A stretch of 64,000 bases of DNA from Diplonema japonicum (Eukaryota; Protista; Euglenozoa: Diplonemea): positions 310,001 to 374,000 of the forward strand of contig OZ025739.1 in NCBI GenBank assembly GCA_964019335.1, read 5' to 3'. The notes below the pieces were generated by a model, which had not been told where the DNA came from, made no database searches, and was given only the letters and a program-made list of their open reading frames with translations. The position numbers were made by a program, and so were the translations under genes. Positions 22,501-34,030 of this stretch are shown here, one piece after another (positions within the stretch are counted from its first letter, which is position 1; every line of letters begins with the position of its first letter).

Positions 22501-23802
22501 GCGGTACGTGTTCACAGAGTCGGGGCTTGAGACGGGCACATGGAGGAATGGCACCCCGCATGGCCCGCACCTCATCAAGAAGAAGTCTGGAGAAAGCAGT
22601 GTGCTGCACTACGACGACGGCAAGGTGGGGAGCAAACCACCTGCAGGTGCACCGACTACGGAGCAGGACTTCACAACACACTTCAACACCTTGTGCGAAG
22701 CATCCTTAGCACTGCTTACATACCCCTCTCCAGAACTCGAGAAGGCTTCTGCTGTTGAGGTCAACGCAACAGCTTTCTTAGAAGACATCTTGGCGAAGCA
22801 TATCCCATTCACACCAGAGAACTCCCACAGGACACACTGCAAGCCTGCTCTGCCGCAGCCGCCTGTGCCTCCCCCGATGCCGATGTCCAAGCCTGTGCCC
22901 CCTTCGATGCTCTCTGAAGAGGCGTTTAGCAGTGTCGTAAAGAATACCGCAGAAGGCATGATCATGAAGGCACCCAGGCAGAGCTTCACGTTGGAGCCGC
23001 CGACGATGCCACCTGCTGAGGTGTACGCGGAGTACAAGTGGAATACGTGGGGTCCTGAGCAGAAGTTCTTGAAAGAAACAAAACACACCCTAAGCGCCTC
23101 CTCTGTGGCGATTGCTCCCGAGAAGAAGTTCCGGGAGGAAAACAAGCTACTGCAGGCAGTTGCGAAGCCCATCTCTGCAGCCACAAGTGTTGTGACGACC
23201 CCAGTCGCAGCACTGAGCAACATCGCAAACAGAAGGGAACAAGTATGCCTGAGCTTTTTTTTTTTTATAATTTTCAAAAAAAAATATCATTGCAGAACCA
23301 AGTGCCTGTATCACCGGGACCTACTCTCCCCTATCCTCTTGCTGACAGCTGGACACACGAACTGCCCTCTGCTTGCGGGTATGCGCTTTCAATGCAAAGG
23401 AACAACAACAGGCGTCACAATGTTGAAAGCGCAGCAAGCGACGAGAAGGAAGAGATCGAAGGCAGCAACGAGGACACGGAGGAGAAGGTTGACCACAAAA
23501 CTGTTGTTTGCGGAGAAGGCACAAAAGAAGAGGAGGTGGAGGGCGGAGAAGTGCAAGTAGCACTGGAAGACACATGCGATGAAGTAGAGGGAGTTGTAGA
23601 AGAATACACAGCTGAAAGTGCTGCTGTGAAGGATGCTGAGAACACAGAGCCCGGACCAGAACAAAATCAGGAAAAGGGCGAGACTGAAGCGGAAGAAGAA
23701 GAGGAACACCGGGAAGAAAATGAGCAAGAAGGAGCAGACCCCGTTGGCCACACCGACCCCACAGCGCCTCTTCTCTCTCAGGAGGAGAACGAGGCCTCAT
23801 AG
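19502..23802 (+). CDS. MORN-repeat protein with two FYVE-type zinc fingers and an acidic tail; intron 23243-23295
   Basis: Many YxGxWxxGxxHGxG repeats. CNGCERSFTFVRRRHHCRGCGLLFCHDC (FYVE) and a degenerate finger CKGC...CIGCRQPFCTAC. The intron links the main ORF to the 23245-frame ORF. Confidence 0.88.
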
Positions 23803-24569
23803 AAGCTCGAGAAAGTTTCAAGTCTACCTCATACGGATTTTGTTTGAGGGAAAATGGTTTTGCTTTCCTGCTTTAGATTCAGAGATATGACATGATATAG
23901 AACGAAAGGAAGAAACCCACACATGCCAAAAAAAAGCAAAACAAAAAAAAAAAAAAGAGGAAAAATAAAAAAAGAAGAAGTAAGAGATAATACATTTAAT
24001 TCGTGCCAGCAACAATCACTAGCTACCGCCGGGCACCCGCTAGCACCCCCTACGTGCTGCTCGAGTGCTGCTCCAGCAGACCATCATCTTGTTTCCCTCT
24101 TTTCTTCCATCAATCTGAGGATGAGGGTGGTGGACTCTAGTTGTTGACATGAAGGGATGCAGTGAGAAAAGAAAAGGGATGGTTTTTTTGGGGGCGCTTC
24201 ACTTAATACCCAAACAAAGTGCCGATATTCACTACTCAAAAACTGTTTTTTTGAGGTCGTTTTTTTTTTTCTCTTAGTTTATTATTATTATTCACAAAGG
24301 GCGCCGCCAACACCGGCCTCCTTCAACTCATATATTATTTACAGCCCTTCTCCCAGAACTAAAACCATCAACCCATTTTGGGTATTAAGTGAAGTTTCGA
24401 CGTTTCTTTTGGTAATTTGTGAATTTCAATACTTTTTTTTGGGTACTAAGTGAATTACCCCCTCTTTTTTTTTTTTTTTTTTTTTTGCAACATCCCATAC
24501 CCCACCTTTCATTTCACCGACACGGCAGTATTGCAGGTTAACAACACAAAAAAAAAAAGAGGGAAAAAA

Positions 24570-26345
24570 ATGGTGTTCACAGTCCTTGTTTCTGCCGACC
24601 TGTACGGGGCAAAGACAAATTTCGAGCTGCAGTTCACAGGGCTGCCCTCGTTTGTGGAGTTCAAGGCAAAAGCAGAGGCGGTGATGGCCACGGAGTCCTC
24701 ACTGAGGCGGCCTGTTGAAGTGCCTTCTTTGCCGTTCACATTGACAAAAATGCAAGTGTTCGATGACAAGGTAGACTTGTGGGTGGACTTCGTCTCCTCG
24801 TCGCAGCTAAGGGAGTTCAGCCAGGTGTACATCTTCCAGCTGGAGACCGCCTATCACAAAGAGGTGCAGAGCAAGATCCCCCCGCCTTGCAAAACCATTC
24901 CTGTCTTGTCCACCATCTCCAGCCCAAGCCCGATCACCAGCCCTCTCCCTCTCAGCCCTTACAGTGAGACGTCCCCGTACATCAATCACGCTGCTCTGGT
25001 TGCACCTCTTGCAGTCATACCGCCAGTTCTCCCTCCCGCCATCCCTGCTGCTGAGGCCACTCACTTGGACAAGGTACGCTTTGTCTTCAACAAGATGGAC
25101 GCCAATCGCGACGGGCTCGTGACGTCCGCCTCCTTCGTCTCCGTGCTTGACAAGCTTCGTGTGGAGTTTGCACCTGAGGTCAGCACCGATCTATTTATCA
25201 AAGCAGACACGAACACAGACTCCAAAGTGTCTTACAGTGAGTTCCAGAGGTTTGCCGAACAGTACCCGACTCTGTTGGACTCTCTTTACTACCGCTCGAG
25301 GGACGACGAAGAGAGCGAGAGACATGCACAGCTCATGACCGCTGCCGCTGTGCAGCTACAGGCTGTGCAGAGCCAACACCTGACTGCCCGTGAGCAGACT
25401 GCGGATGCTGCGGATCGTGTCACTGCAATGCAGGCTCAAGTTGATCTAGCCAACGAGGCTCTTGGCCAGGCTGAGGCGGTTGAACGTGACGCGAAGGCAC
25501 TTGTTGACAGCGCACAGGCCGAGACCAATACGGTGCGTGCCACGGTGGGCCAACGTGCCCAGGATGTGGCACAGGCCAAGGAACAGACCAGGTCGAAGGA
25601 AGTGCGTGTTGCAGACATTAAAGTAGAGGTGCAGGGCAGCCTTATCGCTCTCAAGAACCAGGAGGCCGAGCGCATCAAGTCGGAGCAACGTCTTGCAGAC
25701 ATCAGGGAGCTCCTCAGGCAGCAGGAGGAGGAGGTATGTTCAATCACATAGAAGGAAAACTTATGAAACAAACAGCTTGCGGTTCAACGGGAGAACGAAT
25801 CACGCGCAGCTTCGGAACTTGCTGCGGCGGAGGAGAAGCAGGCGCAGGCAGTCACCGAACTTGAACTGCAAAGAGAAGCCATGCAGCTTGCGTGCGAGCA
25901 CCTCTCCGTGAGTAAGGCGGAACTGAACGATGCACAGGACAGACAGAGAGAGAAGGGTGTGAACCATTTGCAGGCGAAGGACGGCGTCTTGAAGGCAGGC
26001 CATAAGAGAGATGAGGATGAAAGAGAGCTCATGAGGGCAAGGGAGCTAGAAACTGCTAAAAGAATGCTCGAAGCTGATGCCGAGAGAGAAGTAAGCAAGC
26101 AAGAACAGATGTGTGAGAGCCTCGCTGCGCAGAGCGAAGAGCAAAAAGCGAAGCGGAGGGCAACTGAAGAGGAAGAGAGACCCCTTCTCTCCGAAGAGGT
26201 TCGCCTCCGTTCCCAACGTGACACCTTAGAACAGGAGGAAGCCAACCTTAGAACTAACCACCGCACCTTCCATTGCAACACTGGTCGTTCGGGTGCCCCT
26301 TCCGCCTCCCCGTCGAGAGCCCTCTCGCACTCCCCTACCATGTAA
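24570..26345 (+). CDS. BILBO1: BILBO1-like flagellar pocket collar protein (N-terminal domain, 2 EF-hands, coiled coil, leucine zipper), 577 aa; intron 25734-25775
   Basis: N-terminus MVFTVLVSADLYGAKTNFELQF...LRRP...WVDF...QVYIFQ...HKEVQSKIPP matches the trypanosome BILBO1 N-terminal domain as I recall it. EF-hands DANRDGLVT and DTNTDSKVSYSEF. C-terminal EEVRLRSQRDTLEQEEANLR. Confidence 0.88.
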
Positions 26346-26530
26346 TCTTGTTCTTTAACACTTTACATTTTGTATTATTTTCTCCCTACTTTACTTTTTT
26401 CTTATCCCCCCTCCCCCCCGCCTTTTGTTGTATTCTTACCCTGTTGCTTCCCTTTTTTTCCCCTTCTACGCTCTTCTTTTTTATTTTGCATCGATCAAAA
26501 AAAAAAATCATACTCTGCACCCAACAAAGG

Positions 26531-28006
26531 ATGGCGTTGTTAAGCTGTTTGCTGTGCGCGGTAAGCGCTGCAAAGCCGCATCTGGTGGTCGTTCTGGGCG
26601 ATGACGTGGGTTACTACAACATGGGGTTCACCGAGGGGAACCCTGAGGCTACACACCGAACATGGACGAGCTAGCGAAGGGAGGTGCGGTATTGAAGAGA
26701 CACTATGTGTACAAGTTTTGCAGCCCGACGAGAAGCTCACTGATGACAGGGCGTCTTCCCATGCACGTCAACCAGGAGAATCCCGACTATAACGGAGGAG
26801 GTGTGGATTTGAGGATGACAATGATGCCCTCGAAGCTGAAATCAGTCGGCAACTCCACACACCACGTTGGGAAATGGCACCTTGGGGAGACGTTCATGGA
26901 AAACGTTCCAGCAGAGCGAGGTTTTGACACCTCCCTCGGGTACCTAGCTGGTTCTGAGGACCACTACACGCAACGACTAGGCGACAACACCGCAGTGGAC
27001 CTCTGGGAGAACACCGCACCCGCATACGGAAGAAACGGCACATACGGCTCATACCTCTACACACAGCAGATGGTGGACCTCATCCACCAACATGATGTGG
27101 CCAAGCCGTTTTTCTTGTACGCTGCTTTTCAAAACACACACTTCCCGTACGAAGTGCCGTCTGTCTATCTGAACGAGTCGATCCCTTCCCCTCGTAGGGT
27201 GTACCAAGGGCTTGCACGGGTGCTCGATGAAAGCATCGGCAACATCACATCCGCGTTGAAAGCAAAAGGAATGTGGGGGCAGACACTGTTTCTGTTCAGT
27301 TCCGACAACGGTGGCGCGTCAGGGATCGAAGGCTGTGCAAGCAACAACTATCCCTTGCGGGGCGGGAAGCATCTCGATTACGAGGGTGGGGTGCGTGCTG
27401 GTGCTTTCATCAACGGGGGATACCTCCCCAACAAGATGCGGGGTGTTGCTGTGGAAGGGTACATCCATAGCCGATTGGTACACCACCTTCGCTGGCCTAG
27501 CTGGGTTCGATGCCAAGGATGACCCACCTGGCGTTCCAGGCGTAGATGGTGTTGACATGTGGCCTATGCTGTCGGGGGAGAACACCACCTCCCCCCGAAC
27601 AGAGATCCCGCTTTCCGTAACGGCCCTCTCACAATGGGAGGAGGGAGGGTTCCCCACAGGGCAGGGGCTCATCGTTGGGGAGTACAAAGTCGTCTTCGAC
27701 AACAAAAACGATGGTTTTTGGACGTCGCCGCAATACCCCAACCAAACCACGCAATGTGGCAGCACCACGAACCCCGGCTGTCCACAAGGTTGTCTGTTTA
27801 ACATCAACTCTGATCCCTCTGAGTACCACGACCTGCGGACCATGCAGCCCGCCATCTTCGCTTCGCTTACCGCCCGCCTCCAGGCACTCTCGCATGAGGT
27901 CTTTCAGACAACGTACCCTCTGAATTTCAATAGTTCCAAGTGCATACCGCAGGCACAGGCTGTGCAGCAGCATCACGGGTTTTCCGCACCACAATGCATT
28001 TTATGA
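26531..28006 (+). pseudogene. Arylsulfatase B-like (S1 sulfatase) with two frameshifts; pseudogene or sequencing errors
   Basis: Signal peptide, KPHLVVVLGDDVGY, CSPTRSSLMTGR (formylglycine motif), VGKWHLG, SSDNGG and NYPLRGGK...YEGGVR. Frameshifts at about 26651 (EA-TPNMDELA) and about 27468 (YIH-ADWYTTF). Confidence 0.8.
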
Positions 28007-28302
28007 TGCAAAAAAAAAAAAAAAAAAAAAAAAAAAAGAAAGAAAAATGATAAAAAGTCGGGTCGTTTATATATTTATAAATCTACATCTTCAAAAAAAA
28101 AAAGAAGAAGAAAAAAAAAAAACCAAATAACAACGTTACCTCCCTGAGGTTCGCTCTATCCTCTTTTTTTAATTCTCCCCCCCCCCCCTTCCATCATGTA
28201 CTAGAAATTACCTGAAAATCTTCTTTCTTTTTTTTTTAAATGCCTCTCCCCCCTCCCAAAAAAAAAAAAAAAAACCCTTCAACAGTCCCGAGTGGGGGTG
28301 CC

Positions 28303-29498
28303 ATGACTACGGATGAGGAGCCCACCGTGAACACGGCTCTTGTGAACGAGCCGAAACCTCCGTCGAACGGGACAATGGTGGAGGTACCGAAGACACAAGG
28401 CGTAAAGAGTGACAGGAGCGGGTGGGCGAGTGAGACAGGTGCGGGAAGGACAAAATGCTTATATCAGTGGTTCATCGGCTTCAGTCTAGTGAACGCGTTG
28501 GCGGTCGCAGGCCTGTGCGGATACACCTTCCACGAAGGGCTCAAGGACCACAGCCAGGTGGCACTGTGGTGCGCGTTGTGGTGTTGTGTGGTGTCAACGG
28601 TCTTCACAGGGTTCCAGATACACCTCCACCTCACTTCGTACACAAACCCAACGGAGCAAAAGAAGATTATCCGCATCTTGCTGATTGTGCCTGTCTATTC
28701 CATCACATCGCTAGCCGCGTTGAAATTTTACAAAGAAGCTGCCATCTACATCAACCTTGTGAGGGATAGTTACGAGGCGTTTGTTCTGTTTACTTTCTTC
28801 GACTTGATGATCGACTACCTGGGGGGGTACTCAAAGGCGGCGAAACGGATCCGCGCTGCGGGGTACCAGACGATGTCGCACCCGGCACCGTTGTGTTTTC
28901 TTTCCGATTTCAAGATCACACGCGGGGTCATCGTGGGATGGCAGTGCGCCATTATGCAGTATGTCCTGCTGAAGCCGCTTATGGCGTTGATCGCAATCAT
29001 CTGCAAGGCAAGCGATAAGTACGACGAAGAGGACATGTTTGACTTTGGAAACTCATACCCTTGGTTGCTGTTGTTCGAAAACATAAGCGTCACGATTGCC
29101 TTCACGTGTTTGTTTTATTTCTATTTGGCGTCAAAGAAGACAATCAAGGATCGCGACCCTACTGGCAAGTTCATCGCCATCAAGATCGTTGTCTTCCTTT
29201 GCTTCTGGCAGGGCATCTTCATCTCGCTTCTTGTGAAGGAAGGCGTCATCCACAACTCCAACAACGGGTCATGGACAAAGGATCAGGTTGCTACCGGTAT
29301 GCAGGACTTCTTGGTGTGTATTGAGATGGTGTTGGTCACCATTTTGCACAAGCGTGCTTTTTCGCACGTTCCTTATCTTCCTGAAAGCGGGCTCCGTTCT
29401 GCAAAGGTTAAACTGGCGCATGTCAAGGATGCCGTCATCGATGTGAGAGATGTGCACCAACACTCTGTTGGCTGTTGGACAGAATTTATCAAGTATGG

Positions 29499-29532
<34 letters not shown>

Positions 29533-29700
29533 AGGTGGTGTAAGTATAAGCTTGGTATTTTGTCGCTTGAGGAGATCGAGATTCTTACTACCCCCAGCAA
29601 CTCTGTGCACAACACACCCCGGAGCTTCCCCGTTGACCCGGGGTGTGATGACATGGAGGCGGGCGATTTTCACTCCATGGAGGATAGTGATGCGGATTGA
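28303..29700 (+). CDS. TMEM184: TMEM184 / organic solute transporter alpha family membrane protein; intron 29493-29534
   Basis: Motifs EQKKIIRILLIVPVYS, VRDSYEAFVL, QYVLLKP, KFIAIKIVVFLCFWQG and QDFLVCIEM. The poly-Lys stretch in the ORF track is an in-frame poly(A) intron. Confidence 0.9.
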
Positions 29701-29722
29701 AACTGATGGGGGGTTTTTTTCA

Positions 29723-29880
29723 CTCAATTTTACTTCATATATTTAATTTTGGAAATATGGCGGTGATTGGGCCCTGCTGGCTCGGTAAAAAAAAAAAAAA
29801 AAAGTCTTGGAGTTCGATCCCGGCCTGATGGTGCTTTTTTTTAAATTTTGACCTCGGATATCGAATGAAGTAAAATTGAG
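29723..29880. mobile_element. MITE-like element with perfect 16-bp terminal inverted repeats and an internal tRNA-like sequence
   Basis: CTCAATTTTACTTCAT (29723-29738) is the exact reverse complement of ATGAAGTAAAATTGAG (29865-29880). Internal GAGTTCGATCCC is B-box-like. Confidence 0.5.
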
Positions 29881-30956
29881 GAAATAAATAAAACCGCCTT
29901 ATTCATGTCCAATTGAGCTGTTTGTCTCTTGAAGAAAAGAAGGAAATAAAAAAAAAAAAAAAAAAACGATGCACTCGAAGGGCATTCGCCTCTCGTGCTT
30001 TTTTTTTTTTTTTTTTTTTTTTTGTTTCACTCGAGTGACGGAAAATTTTCATTATTCGTGAATAAATAGTTTTTTTTTTTTCTCTCTTTTTTTTTTTTTA
30101 AATTCTCTCAATTTTATTTATTGGACGTTTGTGTTGCGGGGTCGTATAATGGTGCAAAGAAAAAAAAATACAAATCCGATTCACTTTATTATAGGTTTTG
30201 TTCTAAGTCCGGGGGGGGGGGGGGGTCAAAGGAAAACAATGCACTCCAAAAAACAAAAATAACAAAATACCAGAGACAAGAAAAAAAAAAATCGCTGTTT
30301 CAATTTTCTTGACGGGTTTAAGATATGCGTTGTTATTGTTATTGTTATTATTATTTTTTTGCAAGAACGAGTCTTTGACAGGTTTTACCCGGCACGTACA
30401 AACAACGGCCAGTTCCTTCTTTTCTTTTTTTTTTTTTTTTTTGGTACTTTCCTTGCCCAGCAGGCTCCTTTGAGGGGAGGGGGTACCTCACCTTACAAAA
30501 AGAAACTTTTTACTCGTTTTTGTGTCACACCTTTGGGAGGGGGGGGCATTTTTCTTTCTTTATATTATTATGCTCATGGGGTTTTTCCTTCCCCCCTCTT
30601 TCTCTCAGGGTACAAAAAAAAATCAAATCTTTCTTCCAGGACATATTATCAGGGAAGAAACTGCCTCCCGATTTTTCTTTTTCTTTAAAGCGTTGCTAAC
30701 CTGGAGAAAAAAGAAAGTTTATTTTTTTTTTATTTTATTTTTTTTCGTTTTTTTTTGTTCTTTTCAACTCCCCTTTTTTTTCCGCGCACCGTCGACGTTC
30801 TCTTCTCTTTTTTATTTTATTTTTTTTCATTTTTTATTTTTTTGGCGATGCTCACATACTGCAGGCCCCTAAAGACACGTTTACCCCCCCCTCTTTTTTT
30901 TGTCGTGCCCAGAACACATAATAGTTGAAAGGAAAAAAAAAAAAAAAAAAAAGAAA

Positions 30957-31691
30957 ATGCCCCCTAAAGCGAGAAGTATCTATGAAAGGCAAAATAAAGA
31001 TTTTATAAAAGAGCAGCAGACACTGAGGAAGGAAGTAAAGCTGCAACAGGAAGCTGAAAAAGCGAAGGGTGAAAAGCGGGTGGAGCGGATGAAAGCAAAG
31101 TACAACACAACAGGGAGGAAACCGGCAGCAGCAGCGGTGGCAGCATCACCACCAGCTATGCCCCCAAAGCACAGCCAGCAAAGGCATGGAGGGGAGGTGA
31201 TCGAGGTTTTTGTGAGGGAAACAGAACCTGAGTTCTCGCATCATTACACAATAGAAGAAGGGATGGCACCACCACCACCCCGTCAAGCACAAGCAGCTCC
31301 CACATCTACACCACCTTCCACACACACTACCATGTCCTCCTCAAGGACGCAGAACACCAGCTCCCCGAACCTCCATTCTTGCGGCTCCGCTGCTGGCATG
31401 GCAGGTGCCGCGCGGAAAAAACCAGCAGGGCACATACCAGCTTACTTAAAACAACGAAGGCAAGAGTTAGAGGTTTGTAAATAAAAAACAAAACAAAACA
31501 AACCCCCCCCCCCCCCCCCCCCCAGGATGAAAAAGCTGAAGTCGAGCGCATCCGGAACGAGGTGAAGGAGAAGCAGCGCTACCCTGCTGGTCACATGCCA
31601 CTGGGCGAGGAGGAGAAGGAGGCTATCCTGAAGGGGCTGAATTGCAAGAAAGACGAGCTGATGAGTGAGATGAACAGGTATATAGGGGGGG

Positions 31692-31725
<34 letters not shown>

Positions 31726-31855
31726 CAGATTGCCAATGCGATATGACACTACCTCTGTCCGAAACAGGCGGAATGCCTTGGAGGATCAGATTAGGGAGGT
31801 GGAGAACAAAATAGGTACCTTTTCTAGAAAACAAGTTTATGTGCCATGCAATTAG
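30957..31855 (+). CDS. Enkurin-domain protein (ENKD1-like); introns 31473-31525, 31678-31728
   Basis: GHIPAYLKQRRQE...PAGHMPLGEEEKEAILKGL...LPMRYDT...LEDQIREVENKIGTFSRKQVYV fits the enkurin domain pattern. Confidence 0.85.
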
Positions 31856-32532
31856 AGTTTAGACTGGGGCGAAAGGAATAGGAAGAGAAGGGGGAAATGA
31901 ACGAGGAAGAAAGGGAGAAAACAAAGAATGCCCCTCTCACCAACACTTATTTTGAACAAAAATAGTGTTTTTTTTTTTTTTTTTGTCTTTTCTTTGTATG
32001 TTCCACCCGCCTTTTGATGATGAACAGCAACGAAGCACGCATATTGCAAAAAAGGCAAAAAATGCCTTTTTTTTTTCCCCTACTCAATTTTTTTCTGTTT
32101 GTCCACCCATGGCCCTGGGAGGACTTGATGCAAAAGGAAGAGGGAAAAGAAAAAAAAGAAAAAAAAAAAAGAACAACAAAAAGAAGGGTGTCAAAGTTTC
32201 CCTCTTTTATTCCTCTCTTCTTTCCCCCCACTCCTTTTATTTCCCTTTTTTTTCTTTTCTTTTCTTTTTCTTTTTTTGTGAAGCCAAACCAGTTATTTTT
32301 CTTCTTCTTTTTTTTTTCCACCTTTTCTTTTCTAGTAGAGTTAAAACCCAGAAAGAAAAAAAAGGGGGGGGGGAACCAACAACAACAACCTTACTCCCCA
32401 CCTCAACTACCCCTCCGTTATTACTTTTTTTGTTCCCCTCCCATGCCTATCAATATCTTATAAAGAACCCCACTAAACAAACAAAAAAAAGGGAAAAAAA
32501 AAAAAAAAAAAAAAAAAACGGCAGCGAAAAAA

Positions 32533-34030
32533 ATGACAGAAAAGGGATGGAAGGTTATGCGCCCGTTCAACATGATATTTGCATGTGACAAGAAAGGGGG
32601 TATCGGGAAGGGAGGGGACCTTCCATGGAGACTTCCTACTGACATGAAGCACTTCAAGGAGGCCACCCTGAAGGCGTCGAACAGCAAGGTAGAGGGAAAG
32701 TTGAACGCCTGCATCATGGGCCGCAAGACATGGGCGTCCATCCCGGAGAAGTACAGGCCTCTCGAAGGACGGTTGAACATCGTCCTCTCCACCACCATGA
32801 AGCAAGACGACGTGGCCAGCTTGGATAACGTTGTTGTGGTCAACGGCGGTCTTGAGGAAGCCCTTCACATGCTCGCGGAGAAGAAGTACATCAACACAGT
32901 TGACAGAGTGTTCCTCATCGGCGGGGCAACACTCTACAACAAGGCTTTTGAATCGCCGTGCAACTCTGTTCTTCACAACATATACCTCACTAAGGTAGAC
33001 GGCGAGTACGACTGCGATGCCTTCGTCGACTTCGACTCCAACGAGCGCTTCTTCAACGTCGTGTCCTCCTCCACCGCAGAGGACAAGGACACCAAGATGA
33101 CATTCACACACTACTCGAAGCGCAACAAAGAGGAACAGCAGTACCTCGACCTCGTGGAGGACATCATCAAGTCCGGCTTCAAGAAGGGCGACCGTACCGG
33201 TGTGGGCACTATATCGAAGTTCGGCGCGCAGATGCGCTTCTCAATGCGTGACGGGGTCATCCCGCTCCTTACTACAAAACGCGTTTTCTGGAAAGGCGTT
33301 GCCGAGGAGCTCTTCTGGTTCATCAAAGGCTGCACCGACGGAAGGGTCCTCAAAGAGAAGGGCGTCGGGATCTGGGATGGCAACGGGACAAGGGAGTTCC
33401 TGGACAGCCGTGGGCTCAAGGACAGAGAAGAAGGCGATCTTGGGCCTATCTACGGGTTTCAATGGAGGCACTTCGGTGCTGAGTACAAAGATTGCCACAC
33501 AGACTACACGGGGAAGGGGGTTGATCAGCTGGCGCAGGTGATCAATACGATTAGGAACAACCCCAACGACAGGCGGATAATCATGTCTGCCTGGAACCCC
33601 ATGGCGCTGGATGAGATGGCGCTCCCGCCGTGCCACGTGATGTGCCAGTTCTACGTGGCCAACGGGGAACTGTCTTGCCAGATGTACCAGAGGTCCTGCG
33701 ACATGGGTCTTGGTGTCCCTTTCAACATTGCTTCCTACGCACTTCTCACCATCATCATCGCGCACATGACGGGGCTCAAGCCTGGTGACTTCGTTCACAC
33801 CCTTGGTGATGCTCACGTTTACTCGAACCACGTGGAGCCCCTCATGGAGCAGCTTAAGAGGTCGCCTAGACCCTTCCCTGTTCTGAAGGTTTGGATGACT
33901 TTAAAAAAAAAAAAATTAATAATTACAGATCCACAACCATTACGACACTATTGAGGAGTACAAGATGGAGGACTTCGAGCTTCTCGAGTACAAGCCTTTC
34001 CCCACTATTAAGATGGAGATGGCCGTTTGA
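32533..34030 (+). CDS. DHFR-TS: Bifunctional dihydrofolate reductase-thymidylate synthase; intron 33889-33928
   Basis: DHFR motifs [35 protein letters not shown] motifs [41 protein letters not shown]. Splicing restores the canonical C-terminus ...IKMEMAV*. Confidence 0.97.

Noticed and set aside
19502-23802. Orthologue of trypanosome MORN1 next to BILBO1 forming a functional gene pair
   Set aside because: MORN1 is a small all-MORN protein, whereas this one is 1415 aa with FYVE fingers. Gene order in directional clusters is generally not functional.
26645-27475. Programmed frameshifting or hidden introns in the sulfatase
   Set aside because: Bases are missing rather than extra. There are no GT-AG intervals and no slippery heptamer at either break.
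29758-29834. Functional tRNA gene
   Set aside because: There is no pairing acceptor stem and the anticodon arm is replaced by poly(A). Only box-like motifs remain.
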